32,000 nt of DNA from Psychrobacter sp. DM4 (GTDB lineage Bacteria; Pseudomonadota; Gammaproteobacteria; Pseudomonadales; Moraxellaceae), in assembly GCF_051307035.1 (NCBI RefSeq), contig NZ_CP195536.1:1380001-1412000 (forward strand), in the 5' to 3' direction. A model generated the notes under the pieces. It had not been told where the DNA came from and ran no database searches. It saw nothing but the letters and a program-made list of their open reading frames with translations. Position 1 is the stretch's first letter. Every line of letters begins with the position of its first letter. The translations under genes and the position numbers were made by a program. Positions 17,547-25,052 of the stretch are shown in pieces.

Positions 17547-18531
17547 CGATAACTACCTTAATATTGGCAGAGCGATCTTGAACAGCATCATGAGCCTCAA
17601 TCGCTTGGTCTAGAGTAAAATGACGAGGATCAACAATAGCACGCAGTTTACCTTCCTCAACGAGACGAGTCGCGGTCTTAAGGATATCACCATGATGAGA
17701 ACGGCGATTGCCTGTTAACGTCGGCATTAGGACGAATACGCCAGACACTGTGGCACACCGTAGAGATGAATTCGCTAAATTATGATTGCCAAATGCAGCA
17801 CAGCTGGTGATGTGGCCATAGTGAGTCGTCATGGAAAGTGACGCTTCGAGTACTGGACCACCCACAGTGTCGTAAACAATGTTAAAACCTTGACCCTCAG
17901 GGCTTGCAGCAATAATGTCATCGGAAGATGCTGTCGTGTAATCGAGAGGTGTTGCACCGAGTTCTGAAATCAGTGATTGATCAGCTGTACGACCAGTCGC
18001 CCAAACATTTGCATCAAGTGCTTTTGCAAGCTGAACAACCATATAACCAACGCCACCAGCACCACCCTGAACCAGTACAGTTTGTCCTGGTTGGACCTTA
18101 GCATTATCCACTAAACCTTCCCAAGCGGTGAGGAACGTCAATGGTAGTACTGCTGCCTCGCGCATAGAGATATTCCGTGGCTTTAATGCGATCAGATCAG
18201 CATCTGCTACAACATATTCTGCTAAAGATCCTTGAAGACCACGAACGCCACCTATCAGACCGTAAACTTCATCTCCGACGTTGAAGTGGGTGACACCTTC
18301 ACCAACAGCAGTTACAACTCCAGCCATATCCGTTCCCAACACGGCAGGAAGCTCTGGCATAGCATATGTTGCTTCGCCAAGACGAATTTTATAATCAATA
18401 GGGTTTACACCACTGGCATGAATACGTACTAGAACTTGCCCAGCCTCTGGTTGAGGTATAGGGAGTTCTACACGTTTAAATTCATGATCACCAAAATTTT
18501 CTAGGATAAGCGCATTCATCATCTTATTCAT
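17536..18531 (-). CDS. zinc-binding dehydrogenase / quinone oxidoreductase (MDR family)
   Basis: Motifs: GVNPIDYKIRLG and VQGGAGGVGYMVVQLAK. Confidence 0.85.
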   Translation of the reverse strand: MNKMMNALILENFGDHEFKRVELPIPQPEAGQVLVRIHASGVNPIDYKIRLGEATYAMPELPAVLGTDMAGVVTAVGEGVTHFNVGDEVYGLIGGVRGLQGSLAEYVVADADLIALKPRNISMREAAVLPLTFLTAWEGLVDNAKVQPGQTVLVQGGAGGVGYMVVQLAKALDANVWATGRTADQSLISELGATPLDYTTASSDDIIAASPEGQGFNIVYDTVGGPVLEASLSMTTHYGHITSCAAFGNHNLANSSLRCATVSGVFVLMPTLTGNRRSHHGDILKTATRLVEEGKLRAIVDPRHFTLDQAIEAHDAVQDRSANIKVVIDVI

Positions 18532-18805
18532 AGTTGTTCCTTATTCTTAACTGGGGGATGATATGCACAATACCAAAGTAAATTAATCCAATAAATGATA
18601 TTTATAGGATTTAATAATTCCTAAATAATGAATAATGAATATCATCCGCTCACTAAAAATATTCTAGTACAGTCTGTAAAGGCAGTTTAATCTAAACTGT
18701 CGGTAGTATTTTCAAGGCTTGAAACGTTCAAAATATCTACAAAGTGGCTAAAATTTGAAACATAATTCTAAAAGGTCACAGCATTACAAAGAACATTAGC
18801 CAAAA

Positions 18806-18837
18806 TAAAAAATGGGAGCTAAAAGTCCCATTTTTTT
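18806..18837. terminator. hairpin of the AAAATGGGAGC family
   Basis: AAAAAATGGGAGCTAAAAGTCCCATTTTTTT has a 5-bp stem TGGGA/TCCCA and sits in an intergenic region with no adjacent gene end. Confidence 0.4.
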
Positions 18838-18950
18838 GTGACTTTCGCATAAGCTCTATGATGTTAATTTAAAAAAAACTAAAAACAGGGATAGAAAATT
18901 TTCGCTAAAGAGCTTTTTGATTTTCGATTTATAAAAAATATTGCTCTTTT

Positions 18951-18974
18951 TATACTATGGGGTACTATAGTATA
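18951..18974. promoter_or_regulatory. candidate CsoR/RcnR-type operator
   Basis: TATACTAT-GGGGTACT-ATAGTATA has 8-bp perfect inverted arms around a G-tract and lies 25 nt upstream of the regulator-like ORF. The G-tract-in-palindrome layout matches RcnR/FrmR-type sites from memory. Confidence 0.4.
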
Positions 18975-18998
18975 AAAGCTAGCAAATAAGGAGGTCTG

Positions 18999-19124
18999 AT
19001 GCCTAATCAGGTTGAAGACAAAAAAAAGATTCTTCTACGCGTCAGAAGGATCAAAGGTCAGACGCAAGCGATTGAAAAAGCGTTAGAAGACAATGTGGAA
19101 TGTGGTGCAATTCTGCAACAATAG
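18999..19124 (+). pseudogene. truncated CsoR/RcnR/FrmR-family metal/formaldehyde-sensing regulator (41 aa, about half length)
   Basis: [41 protein letters not shown] then a stop. This matches the N-terminal helix and conserved Cys region of the DUF156 family; the C-terminal half is missing. A strong AAGGAGG RBS is present. Confidence 0.5.
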
Positions 19125-19263
19125 CATTATGTCGAAATAAAAACCCAGATTTTGGCTCAGCTATGGGAAATTGTTTTAACTTTTGTACAACAAAACTGTC
19201 TGACATGCATATATTAGAAATGTCAGAATCAGTTTTAATTCTAATAATTATGGAGTTTTAGTC

Positions 19264-19578
19264 ATGCTTAAAACAGCTTTATATGTCCGTCTTGAAGCTA
19301 AACCGGGTAAAGAAGACGAAGTGGAAGCTTTCCTTAAAGCCGGTTTACCTATTGTAATGGAAGAACCTGCGACAGTTGCGTGGTTTGGCCTACGTCTTGG
19401 ACCTACAACATTTGGTATTTTTGATGCATTTCCTGATGAGGCGGGTCGCGAAGCACATTTATCTGGCAAAGTTGCAGCTGCTTTGATGGATCAGGCCGAT
19501 GAGCTATTTTCAGAGCCACCGTCTATTGAAAAAGTAGATGTTTTGGCTAGTAAACTACCAGGTCATACCGACACTTAA
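19264..19578 (+). CDS. ABM-domain putative monooxygenase
   Basis: It is 104 aa (YVRLEAKPGKEDEVEAFL...WFGLRLGPTTFGIFDAFPDEAGREAHL) with locally higher GC than its neighbours. Confidence 0.65.
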   Translation: MLKTALYVRLEAKPGKEDEVEAFLKAGLPIVMEEPATVAWFGLRLGPTTFGIFDAFPDEAGREAHLSGKVAAALMDQADELFSEPPSIEKVDVLASKLPGHTDT

Positions 19579-19588
19579 ATGTATGAGG

Positions 19589-19621
19589 GTGCTGCCTGAA
19601 ATTTTGAATGAAAGGCAGCAC
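19589..19621 (+). terminator. stem-loop after the ABM gene
   Basis: It has a 9-bp stem GTGCTGCCT/AGGCAGCAC with a 15-nt loop and no clear T-run. Confidence 0.35.
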
Positions 19622-19676
19622 TTCAACCCTGTGAGGTTTGTCAGAGGCTTTTTATTCAAGTTGGGCTACTTTATTT

Positions 19677-19808
19677 GGTGGTGTTCTAAAAAGTATGCTG
19701 GCGATAGAAGTCAATAAGAAATCTATGCTAAGTTCTCTGATTCTATAGGGCTTTCAAGGCTTCAAAAATTGTTCAAGTTTTAATCAGCATACTTTTTGAC
19801 ACACCACC
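19677..19808. mobile_element. 132-bp MITE-like element
   Basis: The 24-nt termini GGTGGTGTTCTAAAAAGTATGCTG and the reverse complement of CAGCATACTTTTTGACACACCACC match 21/24. Confidence 0.5.
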
Positions 19809-19823
19809 TGTAAGCTTAATAAT

Positions 19824-19897
19824 GGAGAGCATCCTATATTCTGTGTAACAGCTATGTGGCTTTCATCAATAATTACACAAAATGTAGGATGCTCTCC
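19824..19897. mobile_element. 74-bp MITE-like element, same family as 10504-10571
   Basis: The inverted termini are GGAGAGCATCCTATATTCTGTGTAA and the reverse complement of TTACACAAAATGTAGGATGCTCTCC. Confidence 0.5.
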
Positions 19898-19970
19898 GTT
19901 TTGCGCTTTATCTGTAAAAACTGTCACTGAATAAGATGATTTATTTGGAAGATATAAAATTTATTTACTA

Positions 19971-20642
19971 TTAGACTTGAGCTAATACTTTTTGTATAGC
20001 TAAAACAAAACCAGTTTTAAATAATGTTCGACCAACTTCATCTTTAATTGCACCATACTTTGATACAGTCCAGCCTAGCTTATTAATTTTCTCTTCCTTA
20101 ATAGCATCCTGTAGGGCTTCAATATCACTATCTAACAGCATCCCACTTAATGAAGGTAATACTTGCACAACTTGTGAATTTTGATTTATAGGAGCTATCT
20201 TATTAGGACGCATATCTATGTTCACCTCAATGTTCTGTTTAAGGATGCGATTTTCTGACTTTAATTTATTTTTTTCTGCAATAATTTGACCAAAAACAGC
20301 TCGCATTGCAGGGTCAGACAGATATTTTAATAACTCCATATCTGATGCGACATCATATTTCCTAGATTGAGGAGAGGGTGGTTTTTTCATGGTAGTATTG
20401 GCTTTAGTTGCCCAAGCGTCAATCAGAAGCCTGTAGTGACTACCTGACTTATTACGAATGCTAACAGTGCTGATACCACCACTAGCTTTCGACAGTCTTC
20501 CAATATGAGCAATAGAATAATCGTGCTCATCTTTATTAAATTCAGTTTCTAGTAAAGTATTCAGATTGTCTAACGAATCTTTCGTACGTTGACTTTTACC
20601 TTCCTTTAAATCATCTAAAATTATGTCGATATTGATATCCAT
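19971..20642 (-). CDS. 223-aa accessory protein of the recombinase trio (TnpC-like position; possibly GmtX-type)
   Basis: It is the third gene of the operon, 24 nt after the 861-aa gene, with a strong GAGAGGAG RBS. It has a coiled-coil-like centre (AEKNKLKSENRILKQNIE) and no catalytic motif that I recognise. Confidence 0.55.
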   Translation of the reverse strand: MDINIDIILDDLKEGKSQRTKDSLDNLNTLLETEFNKDEHDYSIAHIGRLSKASGGISTVSIRNKSGSHYRLLIDAWATKANTTMKKPPSPQSRKYDVASDMELLKYLSDPAMRAVFGQIIAEKNKLKSENRILKQNIEVNIDMRPNKIAPINQNSQVVQVLPSLSGMLLDSDIEALQDAIKEEKINKLGWTVSKYGAIKDEVGRTLFKTGFVLAIQKVLAQV

Positions 20643-20665
20643 AAGATATTTCTCCTCTCATTTAC

Positions 20666-23251
20666 TTAGGTTAGGGATTTAATATTGATATAATTAATAG
20701 GCTGCTTAACGGTTTCCTGTAATACACTCATACTGTCATCTAAGAGTTTACTATCTTGCATAAACTCTTCTAACTCAATATAGTTTGCCACTTTACTAAG
20801 GCCATCTAACTTGTCTTTTGAATTAACTTGTAATGCCATTTGTCTAACCATAGCGTTCGCAGCAATAAGTTGCTGATTCTTATTTAAACTTAGAAACGGT
20901 GGCATATAACCCTGACGTATCATCATTCGACTGATAATTTGAGTCATATCTTGAATGATTGAAGTCTTCTTAACATCATCAAGCATATCTGGATAAATTT
21001 CTGCATCATCGCAAATTAAGGATAGTTGTAGCAACTCAGATTTTGTTTCTATAAATCCAATTCTGATATCGTTCTTGGAACCAACTGCTACTATTTTATT
21101 TTTATGATCATCTTTATCCCGTTCTTGCTCAATTTCAACCAAACGATAAATGAGATTGAGAGTTGCAATTAAGTCCTTAGTATACTCATCTGCTTCTAAC
21201 GATTGCTTCTCACGTCGTCGCTGCAATTCTTGTAATTTGTTATGATGAGTAAAAGGCTTACCTTTAGCTTCTGCTTCGTACTTTATTTCCTCAATATTTT
21301 CTATCTCTCCCTCTAGTTCTATAGCTAAATTTGCAGCTTCAGAGGCTTTGTAACTCATAAAGTTCAAGTGTGCAGTGAGTGCTGGTAAGTATTGAGCGTC
21401 AGTGATAAACCAGCGACAGCGAACGCAATTTTCAGGACCATGAGGCACAACTCCGTAAATTTTTCGCGAAACAACACTTGAGTCCTTAATAAGCTCTCCA
21501 CCGTTCCAGCACCCTGCTACAGTTCCAACTTCATCAGATTTAACTGTATTGCCACCAACTAGACATAGACCATGATGTCGTTTTTCCCATCCTATAGGAT
21601 TACGATTAACCAAAGCAGCTTGAATCGAATTATTATCGTGGTAAGCCATTTTACATTCGATCTGACTCATTTCAGCATTCTTAAGAAAAGTTTGAACACT
21701 TTTTTTTGACACATCTTCAAGACGATCTTCCGCCTCAATCATTTTTTCTTTCATGACTGCTGGGGTAAGTTTGGCGTAGTAAATAGTCATAAGTAGGCGT
21801 GAGTGACCTGCTAACAGCTTAGAAACCACTGGCAAAGGTAATTTTGCATCCATGATATAACATGTTATGAGGGAGACTCTAAGGCTATGCAGAGGGAACT
21901 CAGTTTTAGTTTTAGTAGTCTTATAACCCTTACCATAATCGTGAACTAGTTTAAAAAATGTACCATCGGATAATGTGTCTCCTGATAGACGAAGATTATC
22001 TTCAAGTTTAGATAGAAGCTTGTACCAAAGAGTTGGAATTGAGGCATCATTGATTGGTTTGCTCCTATCCTCCAAGTCAGTTGCAGTCGCATCACGCATC
22101 AAAAAACAACTATCATTCATTGCATCAAGATATGATTCAGATACTTTACGTTGTGTATGTTTAAGTGTTAATTCATTACAATCTGTAGGCTTACTGATAG
22201 GATTATATTTTTCTTGCCAATTTCTCAATTTTTCCAACCAATATAATACATCTTCGTTCTGCCATGGAATTTCATAGCCTCGCTCTACTTCATCTATGTT
22301 TTGGTCTGCGGTCTTGTTAGTGCTGATGTATAATCCTGTAGACTCCATTTCCATTACATTATTTTTAAACTGACGAAAAACTCCTTTTTTATAATTTCTA
22401 TATGCAAATGAATGCTTAGTATTTCTTATCCATTTGCCATTTTCATAACGCATAGTATCTGCTTCACCTGAGTCCAACATCCTAACTTGATAAGTTCGAA
22501 GAGGCAGATGTAATTTGATGAATAAGCACATTGCGACAACAGGTGACCAAATTTCATAGATAATAATATTTTGCTTGTCTTTTCTAATATTTCTACTACG
22601 CCATATACAGTCGTTATCATTATTATCAATAAGTTTCTGTTCAACTTCAAACCAATTACTATTAGACACTCGTCCTTCATGCGTCAATTTTTCATGTGCC
22701 CATATCCAGTCTTTAAAATCACCCCTAGGTTCAGGGCATAAAATATTGCGAAGGTCGCATATATAACGATAGGGTAAAGGGTTATAAACAGATTCAGTAT
22801 ATTGTTTTTTTCTCTGTTGCTTCTCGAAGGGGTTCGTATATAGCTTAATGACAGACCCATTATCATCTTCTTCACTAAAATGCTCTGTCAACAACCATTC
22901 AATAAAATCAAAAATATGATTCATTAATACTACAGTGGATGAATTATCTGAGCGTTTGGTATTTTCAAATATTGAAGTCTTAAAATCATCAGTTGAGATT
23001 TGCCAACCATTCTGCTTGGCTTCAAAGAATGTAACTATGTCTGACGCCCAAAGTGCATTAGAAGTTAAATAGACGTCAAAAAATATACACAAAGCGTCTA
23101 ATTTAGTGTGTTGCGATGTGTCCTGAGCATTCATCCATTCTTCTGCAAATTCACGCCACGATTCCCAAGCCTTACCATGCCTTTTCGTCAGCCATCCAAG
23201 AGTGAGGTCACTAGTTCTGCCATCGTATTTAGCTTGTACAGTTGCTTTCAT
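20666..23251 (-). CDS. large (861 aa) tyrosine recombinase, second of the trio (Tn554 TnpB-like position; possibly GmtY-type)
   Basis: The candidate catalytic set is R in HLPLRTYQVRML, H-x-x-R in LHSLRVSLI, and H and Y in LAGHSRLLMTIYYAKL. It has long N- and C-terminal extensions. Its start overlaps the upstream gene by 23 nt. Confidence 0.75.
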   Translation of the reverse strand: MKATVQAKYDGRTSDLTLGWLTKRHGKAWESWREFAEEWMNAQDTSQHTKLDALCIFFDVYLTSNALWASDIVTFFEAKQNGWQISTDDFKTSIFENTKRSDNSSTVVLMNHIFDFIEWLLTEHFSEEDDNGSVIKLYTNPFEKQQRKKQYTESVYNPLPYRYICDLRNILCPEPRGDFKDWIWAHEKLTHEGRVSNSNWFEVEQKLIDNNDNDCIWRSRNIRKDKQNIIIYEIWSPVVAMCLFIKLHLPLRTYQVRMLDSGEADTMRYENGKWIRNTKHSFAYRNYKKGVFRQFKNNVMEMESTGLYISTNKTADQNIDEVERGYEIPWQNEDVLYWLEKLRNWQEKYNPISKPTDCNELTLKHTQRKVSESYLDAMNDSCFLMRDATATDLEDRSKPINDASIPTLWYKLLSKLEDNLRLSGDTLSDGTFFKLVHDYGKGYKTTKTKTEFPLHSLRVSLITCYIMDAKLPLPVVSKLLAGHSRLLMTIYYAKLTPAVMKEKMIEAEDRLEDVSKKSVQTFLKNAEMSQIECKMAYHDNNSIQAALVNRNPIGWEKRHHGLCLVGGNTVKSDEVGTVAGCWNGGELIKDSSVVSRKIYGVVPHGPENCVRCRWFITDAQYLPALTAHLNFMSYKASEAANLAIELEGEIENIEEIKYEAEAKGKPFTHHNKLQELQRRREKQSLEADEYTKDLIATLNLIYRLVEIEQERDKDDHKNKIVAVGSKNDIRIGFIETKSELLQLSLICDDAEIYPDMLDDVKKTSIIQDMTQIISRMMIRQGYMPPFLSLNKNQQLIAANAMVRQMALQVNSKDKLDGLSKVANYIELEEFMQDSKLLDDSMSVLQETVKQPINYINIKSLT

Positions 23252-24719
23252 TATTTATCCCTAACCTTGGATTCTTTCCTGTAAATAGTCCACTAGGATC
23301 AATATCATCAAAACCATGGCGCATTAATGCATTCCAGCTCAAGTTATTATTTTGTTTAGAGTCCTCTTTAGAAAGCATAAGTCTTTCTGTAGCATCATTT
23401 AAATCTGCCGTAATTTCGATGGACGTTGGGGTAGTGTAAACAGCTTGCGATTCTATAGATGCATGATGTAAGCACTTCTTAATGACTATCTCTTGTACAC
23501 CTGCGCGACGCAAACGTCTTCCGTAGCTATGACGGTGAGAATGTGGTGATAAACCGTCAGGTTTACTGGGATTAAGACCAATTCGCTTAAGACCTCGATG
23601 ATAACTGTCATGAAAAGCATTTAAAGTATAAGGGTTACCAAGATGACTGTGGTGAAAGCTTACGAAAGCGTAAGGATGATGACGATCAACACTTATTAGA
23701 AGTCGAATATAATCTTGCCAAAGCTTTGCAAATACCTTACCAAAAATTGTAGGGAACCAATGTACTTCAATGTATTCGTCTTTACTATCTGTAACTCTTG
23801 CTTTCCATCCAACACGTTTTTTACCTATTAATTCATTACGGGGACTTAGAGCATATTTTTCTTTTAGGTAAGCAGCTCTAGTGGTCTTTCCAGAGCGTCC
23901 ACGCCACCCATTAGGAGCTTTTCCATCTTCAGGATGATAAATACGAACTTTCACATTATCAGAGTCAAAGGGATCTATAAGAACATCTTCAATCCAAAGG
24001 TGTAAAGCTTCGGACTCTCTTAAACCACCACCGTGTAGAAGTAATAGAATCAGCTGATCACGAATAGCAACCCTAAGGTCTTTTGCACCTCCTAAGCCAT
24101 CAATATAAAAACTTTCGAAATAGTGCTCTGGAAATTCTATCGCTTCTTGTTTTTGCTTACCTAATGAACGTTTACCTTGTACCCTACGAGCATTTCTAGA
24201 GGTGGAATTAATCTGCTTATCTTTAATATGACCTAGAAAATCATACTGATTTTTACGAAACCAAGCTGCGTAATTGAGCCTTTGCGTAACACTATCTGCT
24301 TCAACCATTGGGTTGATTGAATTTAGATTATATTCTTCTACCATCCAATCGGTTAATCTGCTTAAAGCATTTATGTGTAACCTTGCAACCTGCTTACTAC
24401 AAGGTAACCAATATAAGCCTGATGGATCTAAACCTTCTTCATTAATAGTTCCTGTGTACAAGCGACTACTAAATATTTCAAATAAGTTTCCAGGCGACTC
24501 AAAGCCACTTGTATTAGCAGTCATATATTCAATTAGAAGCTGAGTAGCTTTTATATAATTATTGATTGTGGAATGACTCTTACCATCTCTTTTTAACTTT
24601 AATGCATAGTCCATTAATGGTTTTAAGATTTCATTACTGTCACTAATTAGAACAGGAATCTCTGAATAGACTCCCGAATCATCTTGAATTACTTTTGCCC
24701 TAACTCTGACAGTCTTCAT
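23229..24719 (-). CDS. tyrosine recombinase/integrase (496 aa), first of the trio (Tn554 TnpA-like position; possibly GmtZ-type)
   Basis: The catalytic set is R in GGGLRESEALHL, HSHRHSYG (H-x-x-R), and LHHASIESQAVYT (H...Y). It is the gene closest to the island's right junction. Confidence 0.85.
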   Translation of the reverse strand: MKTVRVRAKVIQDDSGVYSEIPVLISDSNEILKPLMDYALKLKRDGKSHSTINNYIKATQLLIEYMTANTSGFESPGNLFEIFSSRLYTGTINEEGLDPSGLYWLPCSKQVARLHINALSRLTDWMVEEYNLNSINPMVEADSVTQRLNYAAWFRKNQYDFLGHIKDKQINSTSRNARRVQGKRSLGKQKQEAIEFPEHYFESFYIDGLGGAKDLRVAIRDQLILLLLHGGGLRESEALHLWIEDVLIDPFDSDNVKVRIYHPEDGKAPNGWRGRSGKTTRAAYLKEKYALSPRNELIGKKRVGWKARVTDSKDEYIEVHWFPTIFGKVFAKLWQDYIRLLISVDRHHPYAFVSFHHSHLGNPYTLNAFHDSYHRGLKRIGLNPSKPDGLSPHSHRHSYGRRLRRAGVQEIVIKKCLHHASIESQAVYTTPTSIEITADLNDATERLMLSKEDSKQNNNLSWNALMRHGFDDIDPSGLFTGKNPRLGINNESNCTS

Positions 24720-24795
24720 GTATTTAACTCTATATGCTTTAAGCTAATCTATATATTATACACTTTTTACTAGAACTAATGTGTTTAATGTTATC

Positions 24796-24822
24796 TAAAA
24801 AAAGACTCTTTAGGAGAGTCTC
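24796..24822 (-). terminator. rho-independent terminator just inside the island's right end, facing incoming leader transcription
   Basis: The minus strand reads AGAGACTCT-CCTAA-AGAGTCT followed by TTTTTTT. Confidence 0.5.
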
Positions 24823-24858
24823 TTATATGTTTTATACACTTATCAGTACTAGTAATAA

Positions 24859-24874
24859 CTATGCGGTGATGAAG
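24859..24874 (-). CRISPR. 5' 16 nt of the leader-proximal CRISPR repeat (the other 19 nt are at 4007-4025)
   Basis: The minus strand reads CTTCATCACCGCATAG, which equals repeat nt 1-16 in the sense orientation with one variant base shared with the repeat at 3887. It is followed by unrelated island DNA. Confidence 0.8.
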
Positions 24875-25052
24875 AGGAATTATACCTCAAAAAAATCAAT
24901 TACGACAAGGCTTTGAGGGCAAAATACCTTATTTTACCCTCCATTTTTGACCCTGTCGTAACTGGTTGATTTTATTACAAGTTTTTAAGTAGTATAAAAA
25001 AAGGGTTTTTATGCCTAATTTTTAGGTAATTCATCATTACCTCTATGATCAC
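24875..25052 (-). promoter_or_regulatory. CRISPR leader with candidate promoter
   Basis: This is the AT-rich region between the cas6f stop and the first repeat. On the minus strand, -35 TTGTCG (24903-24908) is followed by an 18-nt spacer and a perfect -10 TATAAT (24879-24884), 4 nt before the repeat. Confidence 0.55.

Larger units (their letters stand above)
4026..24858. mobile_element. 20.8-kb integrative island inserted in a CRISPR repeat; recombinase trio at the right end, Gabija-like pair at the left end
   Basis: The two repeat halves at the flanks add up to exactly one 28-nt repeat (19+16-7). The 7-nt direct repeat CTATGCG is at both junctions. Imperfect terminal inverted repeats TTATATCTAGTA (4026-4037) and TTATTACTAGTA (reverse complement of 24847-24858) match 10/12. 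Two tyrosine recombinase genes lie just inside the right end. Confidence 0.75.

Noticed and set aside
19248-19469. 73-aa ORF on the minus strand
   Set aside because: It is antisense to the ABM-domain gene 19264-19578. Its Pro/Ser/Arg-rich translation is typical of the antisense frame of a higher-GC gene.
21975-22875. Several 63-100-aa ORFs within the 861-aa recombinase gene, on both strands
   Set aside because: They are overlapping or antisense frames of an AT-rich gene, with no RBS or motif support.
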